NCBI GenBank assembly: GCA_001600815.1
Contig: BCKZ01000002.1
Location: 62,001 to 126,000, forward strand
Source: Alloascoidea hylecoeti
Taxonomy: Eukaryota
DNA: 64,000 nt
Reading direction: 5' to 3'
Below, piece after piece: positions 1-11,922 of the stretch (its first letter is position 1; every line of letters begins with the position of its first letter). A program made the translations under genes and the position numbers. Under the pieces are notes generated by a model, which saw only the letters and a list, made by a program, of their open reading frames with translations, had not been told where the DNA came from and searched no databases.

Positions 1-872
1 CCGTCCTATCTCTCATGTCAACTGCCGCTGCAGTCCCCATCAATGCCGAGCGTTTTCACAAGCATGCCTTCCATAAAAGAGACGTCGTTACTGAATGGGT
101 TGAGGCGTCTGTCACCGTAACTCAAAATAGAGTGGTTTATGTGAATCAAGATGGTTCTCTTTTGTCTGTCATTACTAAATCTACAACTGCTGATTCCACC
201 ACAGCCTCTTCAAGTGCTGCACCAATTGTCTCAACCGAATCTTCTAGTTCTACCTCTCAAGCTCAATTTACTTCCGTTTTGACAACTCTTGCAAAACAAC
301 TAAAAGAATCTTCCGTCGAGCAAACTACTACTTCCTCAAGTTCTGTTGCCCCAACTACTACCGTTGAAAAAACTATAACCCCAACTTCCTCTTCTGCTAC
401 AACTATTGAAGTAACCTCTTCTAGCTCTTCTAGCTCTTCTACATACGTTGAACCAACAACTACATCAGAAGCTGAATCAACTACAACTACAACTACATCA
501 GAAGCTTCTACTGTGGTATCTTCCACTGCTGCTGCTGCATCATCATCTTCATCTTCATCAACCTTTTCCGGAGATGGTACATATTATTCCCCAGGTCTTG
601 GTGCATGTGGTGACACAAACTCAGATAGCGATTATATTGTTGCAATCTCTGAAGATCTATTTGATACAGAAGCAACTGCAAACCCAAATAACAATCCATT
701 CTGTGGTAGAAAAATTAAAGCTTCAAGAAATGGTGCATCAGTTGAAGTCACAGTAGTTGATAGATGTACTGGCTGTGCCTTACATGATTTAGATTTCTCA
801 CCTTCTGCATTTGATAATTTGGGCGAAGAAGCAGAGGGAAGAATTACAATTGANTGGGAATGGATCTCATAA
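1..872 (+). CDS. Secreted Ser/Thr-rich protein with C-terminal RlpA-like double-psi beta-barrel (expansin/loosenin/Asp f 7-like); probably 5'-truncated by the window edge
   Basis: Frame is open upstream of ATG15 (VLSL-MSTAAAVP resembles the end of a signal peptide). It has a Kex2-like KR site, a long S/T tract, then GDGTYYSPGLGACG...NPNNNPFCGRKI...VVDRCTGC...DLDFSPSAF. One N base at 854. Confidence 0.85.
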   Translation, partial: VLSLMSTAAAVPINAERFHKHAFHKRDVVTEWVEASVTVTQNRVVYVNQDGSLLSVITKSTTADSTTASSSAAPIVSTESSSSTSQAQFTSVLTTLAKQLKESSVEQTTTSSSSVAPTTTVEKTITPTSSSATTIEVTSSSSSSSSTYVEPTTTSEAESTTTTTTSEASTVVSSTAAAASSSSSSSTFSGDGTYYSPGLGACGDTNSDSDYIVAISEDLFDTEATANPNNNPFCGRKIKASRNGASVEVTVVDRCTGCALHDLDFSPSAFDNLGEEAEGRITIXWEWIS

Positions 873-1799
873 ATTCAATTGTAAACAATAAAAATTATAA
901 GTATTTTTAGAATAATTATAAACTACATTTTTTGGCTTTACATTTTGCATATTATGACTTGAGCTGGGCTCTTATATATTATCATAGTAATATATGTTTA
1001 TATATATTTACATTATTGGAATAAAAAATGAAATGAAATTTTATAAAAGAATAGTATAGATCTATTCATGGTAGTGTTTATATAATTATAACTAGCTAGA
1101 AATTAAAAAATATTAATTATAGAATTTTATTTCTTTGCTCGATGACATGAATGAATCAGAATGATCTAGTAACCCTTCCTATAATTATAATATACATTCC
1201 AGCTATTTATTATAATACTCTATATCGGCTTCCGGAATAACGGTTTTCATCATGAATCATGATCATTAATTATGAAACTTTCAAATTTTCTTTCATGATC
1301 ACTCATACTACTCTTGGTTTTCTAATATCCTACGAGTTAACCTTAATGTAACCTGGCCTGGAATGATCTTGGCATTTGGATAGCCAGCCACTTCCTGCCA
1401 ACTTCCTCGTAAAGAGGGAATGTCATTTAGACAACTCAGGGATTGATACATGCTTTATTAACTACAATAGGCAGTAAATACTAAATATGTCGTATTATAG
1501 ATTTAATTTTGAGTTGTATTCAGATATTTACCTTATCCATGTTTTGGACTGTTTTGATACCAAAACATATTTTCATCGGTGCAGGATAAACTGTCCTAGA
1601 TTTCTGGTTAAGAATGTTTTTGAAAGGAGAGGGGAGATTGTGTACAATGTGTAATGAGGGAATGGATTCTAATTCATCCTTCCTCTTCGGATTCCTCTGA
1701 AAATTTCAATATTGCATATGGATATGGAATAAAATCATCTATCTCTTTTTCCTCTTTGAACGATGTATATGGTAATTCTGATTCATCATAATAGAATCA

Positions 1800-2750
1800 A
1801 GCTTATAATACGGTTGCCACCCTTCGAAAAATGGAGTCAACCAGGTTATCAATGACACCCTGATCTGCCAGGTCCCAGTATTTTGAAAGAGACAGAAGCA
1901 TTAGTTATTTATTCACCTTTTAACTACTGCATATGGAAGGCTCATGCTACTGCCATGAGATAAACTTTTATGAAGAGATTCCCGATGCGTTCAATAGGGT
2001 TCTGGTCCGCTCAAAAAGGTTGCCACTCTAACACCTTTCCACGAAATCAATTCATCGTTATTTTAGCTTCATGGATAGGTAGGTTATCCTGTTGAGACCC
2101 TCATGAATCTCATCGAAGGCTTTTTCCAGAAGGTCTATGTAGGAACATGCGGTGACTCCTTTTTTCTACTATTAGGATCCCCAACTACTCTATACAGTCC
2201 TCCTTTCCAAATTTCAGCCCATACCATAAAACACACAAACTTATACTTACCTATAATTAATATTTTTTTAATTCAAAGGCTTAGTGTGACTGCTGTAGAG
2301 CATATCGTTCTCCAAGTCCGGGGCGCAACTGAATATTCGTCACTAAATACAACAGCATCCCATGAGACCATCCCAACCTATATTTAGATAATATCATTCT
2401 ATTTATTTGGCTCTTCTAGCTCACATGAGATTACTTACATCCAAAGCCATTCCATATCCATGTTTACAGAAGGGATCTAATTAGGAAGTCTTTGATACTC
2501 CAATGTTGAACTTTGAACCCGGCTCCTCATACGTATTCAAGGGAGAATATTTCATGAGCCTCAGAATGTGATTCTCTTCCCTATCAGTAAGTTCTGTAGG
2601 GTTTTAATTCAAGAAGGTGTATTCCAGAAGAGTTTATTTTCTACGGTGAACCGCACAGTTGAATGTGCAATATTAAGCCCACTGATTATTTCATCAATTG
2701 AGAATCCATTTTTACTCATATTGCAAATTTTAATTGGCCTAACTGGTTCA
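1800..2750 (-). mobile_element. Degenerate Tc1/mariner (DDE) transposase remnant with stops and frameshifts
   Basis: Manual minus-strand translation gives, in the correct order: HTH GFSIDEIISGLNIAHSTVR; PTELTDREENHILRLMK; WDAVVFSDE (2362-2336); FMVWAEIWKGG (~2230); QQDNLPIHEAK (2094); VLEWQPF*ADQNPIE (to ~1990); YWDLADQGVIDNLVDSIFRRV (1880 downward). Confidence 0.85.
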
Positions 2751-3341
2751 ATGCTTTTTAAAATCGGAATTACCTGAAATTTCGCCTAACAGAACTCTAG
2801 AGTCGACCTCATTTTATAATGGACTTCAAAAGATATATGTCCCAAGTTTGGTATTACTCGTCTGTACGTAAACACTGTGTATCTACGTGGAGTAAAGTAG
2901 CATGAAATATTTATATTATTGTATAATAGTTAAGTAAAAACGAAAACACCGCTAACTAAAACTAGAGCATATTTATTTACTCAAGAACAGAATGCTTCAT
3001 TTACCAATATAAGGTATAACAGACATGCTACATGACACATGGGCGAATACATAACGATTGCATTAAATTTATAGAGTTATACATTATAATAAATGTACTT
3101 TTTTATATAGCTAAGTATAATATATTGTAAAGGAATAAACAAATTATTATTATAGACATGAATGAAAAAAACACAGCTAATTAATATTATTAATGATGTT
3201 TCAAATTAAAAAGTATCATTATTAATAAACAATTCCTTCAAAAAAAAAAAGTGAAATCATATAATTATATATATATATATGTGTGTCTGATTGAAATAGT
3301 AACTGAATGTTATATATGCTTCAAAAATAAAAATAAAAACT

Positions 3342-4364
3342 TCAATTTTTGTTACTCTTGAAAAGCAATCGACCCAAGTTACCAAAGATAATTAACCCAC
3401 AAAAGAAAAAACTGCAAATCCAAACATATACCACCCAAATTTCTTCACCATTTAATAAAGTAAAGTTCTCTCTATCGATCTGACCAATAAAGAATGTGAA
3501 GGCTGACGAAATGACTCCACAAAATACTAAACCGCTGAATGTACCATCAATAATAAACCATAGACAAGGATTTAATAAAGCCCAGGACAAAGCGGCTTGA
3601 ATTGAAGAAGTCCAATCGATTTTTCTAATACCATACCCAATTCCAAGGAAAGCACAACTTGCTCTGAGAATAGAACTGAAGTCGTTACCTGCTTTTCCGT
3701 CCAGATTTGAAGTAGTAAACTGCTGACCGATTAAGTAATCAAAAATAGGCAGCAAACTTCCCAACACAATACCCTCTAGCCCCGCAAAGAGCCAAATTGG
3801 GAGAGATAATGTAGAATAACTGCTCAACGTAAGAGGGTGAGTAAGAAATTGAGGTGTCAAGAAATGATTGTCATGAATATTGTTGGCAAAAGCTGTATAA
3901 GCAATTCCAACTAAAAATAGAATAGCAAACCGGGAGATATAAAACCCCACTAATTTGAATATTTTTTTAATAGATAAAGGTGATGAAATCGGGTTTTGGC
4001 CTTGGTGATGGGTTTGAGGAAAAGAGAAAGATTTTCCTTTCTTTCTCTCTGGGTTTGACTTAATCGGTGCACCAGTGATAAAGTCCAATTGTGAAATTAA
4101 TTCACTATTGACGTTTATATTCTCATCGTTAGAAATATCCGACTCATCGAAAAAAGAATATAAAGCAGGAGTTGTTAAGTTTACCTCGGATTCCGTTCTT
4201 TTAATACTGCTATTATTACTGGCTTCGTAACTGTTTAGTGAGCTATTATGGCCGTTGGAGGATTGACTGATCTGTTGTAATACGGCCTGTGACTTTGAGG
4301 AAGGACTACTCTTCTTTTGCTGCTTATTCTGGGGGGACCTAGCGTCGGAGACTGATTGATACAT
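3342..4364 (-). CDS. NSG1: INSIG-family sterol-sensing-domain chaperone (Nsg1/Nsg2-like)
   Basis: Multi-TM C-terminal half with GIVLGSLLPIFD, ILRASCAFLGIGYGIRKIDW and WALLNPCLWFIIDGT. Divergently paired with WSS1 as in S. cerevisiae. Confidence 0.88.
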   Translation of the reverse strand: MYQSVSDARSPQNKQQKKSSPSSKSQAVLQQISQSSNGHNSSLNSYEASNNSSIKRTESEVNLTTPALYSFFDESDISNDENINVNSELISQLDFITGAPIKSNPERKKGKSFSFPQTHHQGQNPISSPLSIKKIFKLVGFYISRFAILFLVGIAYTAFANNIHDNHFLTPQFLTHPLTLSSYSTLSLPIWLFAGLEGIVLGSLLPIFDYLIGQQFTTSNLDGKAGNDFSSILRASCAFLGIGYGIRKIDWTSSIQAALSWALLNPCLWFIIDGTFSGLVFCGVISSAFTFFIGQIDRENFTLLNGEEIWVVYVWICSFFFCGLIIFGNLGRLLFKSNKN

Positions 4365-5204
4365 TTAATATGTGATTAAAATTGGTAAAGATTCAGTAAG
4401 GGAGGGAAGAAAGAAGGAAGAAAAAAGAGGATGTGAAACACAAATATAAGTTTTCTCAATCACAATTGAAGGTTGTGGATGCTAGGATGTTAACGTAGAT
4501 CCTGGCTAAACCTATACAATTATCTGATTGATTTTAGAACTAATAATTAGCCATTTTTAATTATATATAATTACATGTTTCTGTCTGATTTAATTGGATG
4601 TCGTACGTCTATAAGATGTGGTTATCTAATAAAATCAATGATAATGGTGGTTGCTAATTGGCTTATTCGGGTTTCTCACCTCATCACATGTAAATTATAT
4701 TTCTGCTCTTGATTTAAACTGCTTCGTACAATCTAGATACTTGAAAGGCGGTCAAACTGTTGAAGATAAATACATATATATTCCCGCTGATTTTATACAT
4801 TCCATGGCTATTAATGGATTGGTGACTGGGTAGCACCGTAGAGTCGCGTACGTAGATGTCCGTAGTATATCGACCCAACAGTTCTACTCGCCAGCTCGGG
4901 TTTAGCATATATATATTAACGGCTTAAACTCATCCATGACCTAATATTTCCATAGGTATAAATCATACGTACAGATATAGGCCTACTTCTTAAGCCTGTC
5001 CAGCGTTCTAAATATTCAGCAAACACAATTTATACCTCTATTTTAAAATTGTTTAGACATACTTGCAACGGCTCTATGATTGATAACTTTTAAGCAGCAC
5101 AGCTAGGCTTTATATTACAGTATACAATTCCGATTATTAAGAAGTTGAGGATCTTCATTTTCCTTGACCTATTACAATATTAATCAGATTAGCCGAAGCT
5201 CTTA

Positions 5205-5496
5205 GGCAGAGAGAACAGAAGCTAATGTTACTGCAGAAACTAACTTTCTGCACAGGTATGAAAAATTATCAAGATGCTAGGTAAAAGGTGAAGTGAAGAA
5301 TCAGCAGAGGATACCTTACATTATACCAAAAGATCTTTGGTAAGAGATGAGAAGGTCCGGAGGACTATATGCCGATTTTTCACTAAAATTTTTACTCCAA
5401 ATTCTTACAATAGTGATTATGTCAAGTACCAATAATCTTTCATTATTGTGCAGAAAGTTAGTTTCCGAAGTAACGTTAGCTTTCGTTCAATCTGCC
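5205..5496. repeat. Inverted repeat with 50-bp arms (5205-5254 and 5447-5496), 43/50 match, 192-bp spacer; MITE-like
   Basis: ggcagagagaacagaagctaatgttactgcagaaactaactttctgcaca versus reverse complement of tgtgcagaaagttagtttccgaagtaacgttagctttcgttcaatctgcc. The inner 19 bp are perfect. Confidence 0.85.
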
Positions 5497-5581
5497 GAAA
5501 TTAAATTGCTTCATATCAATGTCACGTGGTATAAACGACTTCAATCCACAATTGGTTTCTTACTTATTATTTCTATTAATA

Positions 5582-6562
5582 ATGGTTGTTTTGGGTAAAA
5601 CTTCGCGAAAAAAGAAGTATCCCGATCTTGATTTTACTTCTCCAACTCCATTCATATCGAAGGTGACATCTTTAAAGACCAAGGAAAATCCTGAAAATGC
5701 TTTGGCTATGATGAAAAAAATAGCATCTCTTGGTAAGCTTATCTAAAAAGGAATATACGGTACACACATGTATGTAATATCTCAAACTAATTATTTTACA
5801 GTTTCACCAATTCTTAGGTCGCAGAATATACGTATTGGAACACTATCTGAATTTTATCCTACGAATGAAGGATTACTAGGGATAAATGTAAACCATGGTC
5901 AAAAAGTTTGTTTGAGATTAAGACATCCAAAGGATAACACTCGGTTCTTAGATCTGGAAAGTTGTATAGGTACTATGCTACATGAAATGTGTCACAATAA
6001 GCATGGCCCTCATGATGAGAAATTTTTCAGTTATTTAAAAGTATTGAACGCCGAATTTGATACTTTAATGACGAATGGTTACACGGGTGAAGGTTTTAAT
6101 TCTGAAGGTCATCGCTTAGGTATAGGAACTACAGATTCTTCTTTTAGAACCACAAGGAAAAAAGCCTTGGCAAGTGCTGTTAAAAGGCAGAAATATAACG
6201 GGCTCGTGGGAACAACAACAAGATTGGGCGGCAGTAGGTGTGCACAACTTAGTCCGAAACAGTTAATGCTACTTGCTGCTGAAAGAAGAAGAGAGACAGC
6301 GAATCGTAGATCAACTTCGAATGATATGATTATATTGAATAGAGGTAATATGGATCATAAAATGATGGTAGAGCTTGGTTTAGAGGATGATTTGATTGAA
6401 ATTGATGAGAATCAATTTATAAAAGGTTCTTCACACCATGACACAAAAAAAATGAAACCAAAGGAAAATGAAAATGCTCACATTAATATTATTGAATTAA
6501 GTGATGATGATGAGAACAATGATATAGAAACTCCTGACCGAAAAAAAATTAAAGTAAAATAA
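5582..6562 (+). CDS. WSS1: WLM-domain DNA-protein crosslink metalloprotease; exons 5582-5732 and 5802-6562
   Basis: Intron GTAAGC...ACTAAT...CAG (5733-5801) restores KKIASLVSPILR. Motifs: LSEFYP..LLGINVNHGQKVCLRLR, HEMCH (HExxH), HGPHD, RLGG, VIM-like LAAERR and SIM-like IIELSDD. Confidence 0.92.
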
Positions 6563-6979
6563 AACATTTTTCTTCAAATGAGGAATAAATTTAAATTAAA
6601 GCGGGTAAGAATTCGAAGGAAATTATCACAGGTAAATCCCTGTTAATATTTCAAAATCACGTTTAGTCTTGAAGCTTATCGTTTAGGCCCAAGTTACGAT
6701 TCACAAAGACCATAGTTATGATTAATATATGACTTTGAATTTTCTTTAGATTCGCAGATATGCTTGGAACTGACATAATTCACGATATTTCTATAAAACC
6801 TTTTACGTTGAAAATAAAAGTGATGCTTATAATTATGTCTGTGAAACAAACACATTATACAACTAATATCAATTCTATAATTATGACAGAAAACAATTAT
6901 GGCATATAAGGGTTCTCAGAAAACATATTCAAATTAATTGACATGTAGGTTAATAAAATATAAACCCACAAAACCAATG

Positions 6980-7006
6980 TATATATATATATATATATAT
7001 ATATAT
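6980..7006. repeat. (TA)n microsatellite
   Basis: About 13 consecutive TA units. Confidence 0.9.
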
Positions 7007-7757
7007 CTATCAAGAATGTCTGAGTCACAGAAGACCGAATAATCAATAACTCAACCAAAAATGAAGAATACCCTAGAATTTCTACTGTAGACTTGGGCTA
7101 CCTAAGATGGGTTACATCTACTATCACAACTCTTCTGGTTCTTAGTTGCAACGGTAACTTGTTGTAGATTAAATATTTCACTTGTGTAGACCAAAAACTC
7201 GATATACTGGATTCTCTTTTCAAAATGTACTAAACCCCTAGGCGATCTTACGATCAAAACTTATGGTTTGTCCGATAACAACCGCCAACAGATGTGCACC
7301 AAAACATATTTTATAATTTAACAAAATTATTTATTGTCTATATTAAGCGTAAATACCTTAAATAAGACACTAAAGAATTCTCAAAGGTTTAAAAAAATAT
7401 CAAACTTTACTGTGTCTCATGAAAGATATTTGTACATTTTATATATGTATAATACCCTGGTGTGTCCCACTCAAAATGAACAACTTTTTTGTCGGGTCTC
7501 CAGAAATATTCATGCAACTTTACATGCTACCCCATGAGGAAATATCTTAGTATATGCGTCATCTAGATAGAGTAAATGCAAACATGACCCTATTTCTAAA
7601 CTATTTAATTTGTGCATAACCCAGATTTGACAAAGAAGTACAAAAATTAATTCGAAGCAAAAAAATTATATTTATCTTTTGTTGTCTGTGATATATAATC
7701 GAAGTGCTTTTGATGGTGTGGTCACATTTTTCGCAAGGGGTGTTGAAATATTTTTGA

Positions 7758-7967
7758 TATTTAAAATGTTTAAAAATAGCAATTGGAGTAGTCAATTCAT
7801 CTTTCTATAGATCTTAGAAGTCTTTGTGTTTCTTATAGTGCGCGTGGATGGTACCTAATATATATTCCGGAGTTTTATTATATTTTCACTGGGCTTTAAG
7901 TTTTCTATACGATACAATTAAAAGATGAATTGACTACTCCAATTGCTATTTTTAAACATTTTAAATA
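7758..7967. repeat. Perfect 47-bp inverted repeat (7758-7804 and 7921-7967), 116-bp spacer, TA at both ends; MITE-like
   Basis: tatttaaaatgtttaaaaatagcaattggagtagtcaattcatcttt is the exact reverse complement of aaagatgaattgactactccaattgctatttttaaacattttaaata. Confidence 0.92.
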
Positions 7968-9083
7968 GTAATAATGTTTCATGAATATAAAGAAATAAAA
8001 TTCAATATTGCTATTACAACGTCTAAATCAATTTTAACCTTGACTTAAAAGTTCTACTTATATATACACAAAAATATAGGTTTTTTCATGCATCTGATAA
8101 AATTTATATTGTTGGACTATTATAAGATTATATATAACCCACATTATTCATGCTCAAACCTTAAGGGTGTTAACTGTGGGGTCATAATAATTCACATAAA
8201 CTGTACAATAGATAGTTAAAAAGTTTATGATATTAATCTTACCTATGGTAGTTTCGTATTTTGTAATTTCGTACAAATACTGCCGGGTTTGCCATGATTA
8301 CTTTCTTCTACCAAGAAAACAATTTTCATTCGTAATAATGAAGTCTCTTCCTTTTGCTTTTACCTTTACCAAACTCAATCACAAACATCGTCATATACAG
8401 ATCGATAGAGAGTCTACAGACACATATTTAATTCAGAATTTTAGGGTTAAAATTGGCTTGGATCACTGTAGATTCGTATATTAAATTAGCTAAAATTTAA
8501 ATTCTTGATCACTAAAAGTAATAATAAAATGTAAACGGAATTTGAGGGTATGGTATTGAATTTGAAGCAGTTACGAAAATCACAAACACATACAAATTTA
8601 TTCTTTTTAATTTTAGTTTAGTGGCAAATTGAATTGGCAATAGTAATACATTGGGCATTCAAAAGAGCAAATTAAATAAATTGTGCGTGTAAATCATTAT
8701 TATAACTTATAAGCTTACATATGTATGTAGATGTAGGGTATTTAACTTTTTGGTTAAATCAATAATAATATATATAAATTTAGAGCTTAATTATATGCAA
8801 GTAATTACAGTCGCGAATAATAGAATGATATGAAAGCTTGTATACTATATAGTCTATATAATTAGAAGATCTATTCTAATTGCGTAAATTACCCACAACA
8901 TTATATCATGAAGTAGAAATATCGGTTACTTTATCAATGTAATCACAATCTTTTACGCATGAAGGAAGTTGTGTCAATAAGATGCTACAGACCAATAAAA
9001 CCTTAGAAAATACACATTCAAAATTTCTTATAAATTCACACAAAATCATAAAATTCGTAAAACTATTACTTTTATACATATAC

Positions 9084-9106
9084 ATATATATATATATATA
9101 TATATA
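9084..9106. repeat. (TA)n microsatellite
   Basis: About 11 AT units. Confidence 0.85.
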
Positions 9107-11391
9107 ACCTATATATAAAAATCCTGGATATTGACGTTGTATCTGTGTATGCTTTCAATCTTTTGATGATAGCTTTTTAGTAAATTCTATTGGGTTTCTT
9201 TCCTTTTGTTAATATTGGACTAATAAATTCCCTGCATTCCATCAGAAGAAGTCGTATCCTGGGTCTAACATGAACATGTTCAGCTCCTCGGCGCAAATTT
9301 CACCCGGAGCTTTACCGCTGTGTAAAGGGGAGTTATGAGCTAACTATAAGCTCCAAATTTAGTTTGATATTCGGCTTCTGTTATGGGTTGGCAGAGAGAA
9401 ATATATATATTTTCAGTTGCATACTATACTAATCGATAATAACAGAAGTACTATCTGTAGTTACCTCCAAAATTGAAATATTTAAGAAGTAATAATGTTA
9501 TTTCATCTCAATGACTTTCTACCAACACTTGCTTTAAAACTCATTTGTTGCCATGCCCTTAAATGAAAATAAAATTCTGGAAGTAAATTGAGGTTGATGC
9601 CAAGAATTGTCCTTTTGAAGCGTGTTATTATTAATATTCAAAACGGTATATAAGCTAAATAGAAGACAATATGTGAACCACTAGGAGTTGAACGAGGTCA
9701 ACGAAATGAAACGCTACTTCAGAACTGCCAGGTAATTGCAAGCATATTTAAGAAAAGATTGAAAGAATTGCGGACGCCGATGACTATAAATGCAACTCAA
9801 TCATGAGACTAAGAACCTTAAAAAATATAGTCTATTGTATACGTAATAGTCAGTTTTACGAACTTTATGATTTGGCATAAGTTTATAAGAAAATTCTAGA
9901 CGATATAACCAGATATTCTTGTCAGATGAAGTCTCTTGATACATATTTTCTACTCCGAATTCGGTAACCATTCCTTAAAATTGCTCTATAATTAATAATT
10001 ATTAATTGATCTAGCTAGTGTGCTGAATCACTGCTGATAACTAATATCAAATATTATCAATACGGTAGGGAAGAATAGAAAAAGGTTATTTTCTAATTTA
10101 ATATTAATCTCTAGACCGTTATTGGAATTGCTTCTTGATTTAAATGCATTAATATCCACGAGATCATTAATTTGGTCTGCCATATATATCTTTAAACTTG
10201 TTATTAATATTGAACTTGTTGTATGTGTCAATGTTGTCGAATTCTTGCTTAAGATATGTACCAATTATACTTCTTCATTATTACTAAAAGGTAGACCCAT
10301 AAATACCCATATGAGTTTATATTTAAGTAATATGATATTTAAAGGGTGTAATCATATAATATGTAAAATCAAAATTATAATTAGAGTTGTTAAAATATAA
10401 TATTGGTGCTTGAATGTGAGGTGGAGTGAGTTTGGTAGCATTGTATTATAATTATGTTATAATTACGCCTACAGCCGTGGAGCGTTATAATTTTTTTACT
10501 AACAGAATAAATCTCCTATAGCTATTATAATTATTATGATAATAATGAAATGATCTCGGTCGTTTGAAACTTCTTAACTTCTCGTTCTTAACTCCATTCC
10601 CAATATTATAATTTAACAAATTAATCAGCTTTGTTAATCAGCTTAGTCAAAGAAAAATTATTAAATATTTATATACGGTTATATAATTATAACCTTAGAC
10701 TATAGAATATTCATTTTAGACCTCAATCCCATGAACGCTCTTCAACTCAAAGAAACAATGTGGGGGTAAACCTGAGGCTATAGCTCTAGCCAAGCCCACT
10801 ATCCCCTCCATTCTGACTAAAGGATTGATCAGCGCTTAAATATTTGTGGCATTGACCATTGTCATAATGTAGAAACATTAGAAAAGATTACAGCACCGCA
10901 GTTTCACCTATAGTCCACCACTACATTCCTCAGTATGGCTCTTAGCATTTTAACTGCTGTTGATCGGACGGGAAACGGTGCTTTTTGCTGGATATGACCG
11001 TAACCAAAGGTTTCTGTTTCGCTCTCAAATGTAAATGTAGCTATGTGGCATGTAAAAGATGCATTTTGTAATTATAGGCAAATTGTAAGGGAAAGTCGCA
11101 ATCTCCGTATATAGGATGTTAATTTGTGATTCCTGGGCTAGCGCTAGAGTATGACTCCAATCAATTCCAACCATCGATGATGTGTATGTCACAACAAACT
11201 GGAATGAAACTACAATGATGATTAAATTTACAGTTGTAATTGGAGTTTTCATCAACTGTAATGATACACAAATGAAAAGAACTGCCACAGTGCTCAATTG
11301 AAGTAATCGATGGGTTGGAATGCGGGGGTCTAGAATGCCAAGCTTGAATGTATGCATGTCCCACCTTCAATTAGTTCCATATATTTTCAAT

Positions 11392-11429
11392 CAGATTATC
11401 CAGATATCGATTATCCAGATTATCTCGAT
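11392..11429. promoter_or_regulatory. Cluster of GATA sites upstream of the GATA-factor gene
   Basis: cagattatccagatatcgattatccagattatctcgat contains three ATTATC (GATAAT on the minus strand) and one GATATC in 38 bp, about 500 bp upstream of ATG11923. Confidence 0.5.
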
Positions 11430-11922
11430 GATCACGTTACGTAAGGGTGCGTTTTATTACTCTTCTATGCAGTGATATTCATGATTTCCAATTTCTATTT
11501 CGATCGCCAGAACATGAAAAATTGAGTTGTTTTGCTGCTATGGCTAGATATTTGATGGCCATGGGTTAAAATATTAAATATGTCCATGTGTCAAAAATAG
11601 AATACAAGGGCAGGTGATACATGTATTATTATAATATTAATCTAATCAATCAGTTTCTATTGCATATCCCCATTGGGATGTTTTCAAGCATGATGCCGCA
11701 TGAATGAGCATATTTGGTGCATATCTCCTGATGGAGATAAGGGCCGCCAAGCCGGTAAACCCGGCATCCGACTTGATCGGTATAATCAATGCATACACAC
11801 ACTCGGGCGTACAGGAAACTCGATGCGGTTAGTAATCAATAGGACTCGAGAAATAGTCCCGATCATGACTATAAAGGCTTCTTACTCCCTCACCAAAAGT
11901 CACCACCATCTATTCGCACAGG

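Noticed and set aside
263..756. Short overlapping or antisense ORFs here and within CHS1, VHR1, SYG1, NEO1, YCK and others
   Set aside because: Shadow frames of real genes with no independent motifs.
2243..2252. ATACTTACCT, identical to the U1 snRNA 5' end
   Set aside because: Lies inside the Tc1 relic, with no U1 stem-loops or Sm site downstream.
7040..7230. Peptide EYPRISTVDLGYLRWVTSTITTLL faintly like a copia gag N-terminus
   Set aside because: Too short, with no LTR, PBS or other retroelement motif nearby.
11088..11101. GGGAAAGTC resembling RNase P/MRP conserved region I
   Set aside because: No convincing complementary P4 strand or CR-V found.
10028..11370. Intergenic 69-110 aa ORFs
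   Set aside because: Compositionally biased AT-rich peptides without domains or supporting splice structure.
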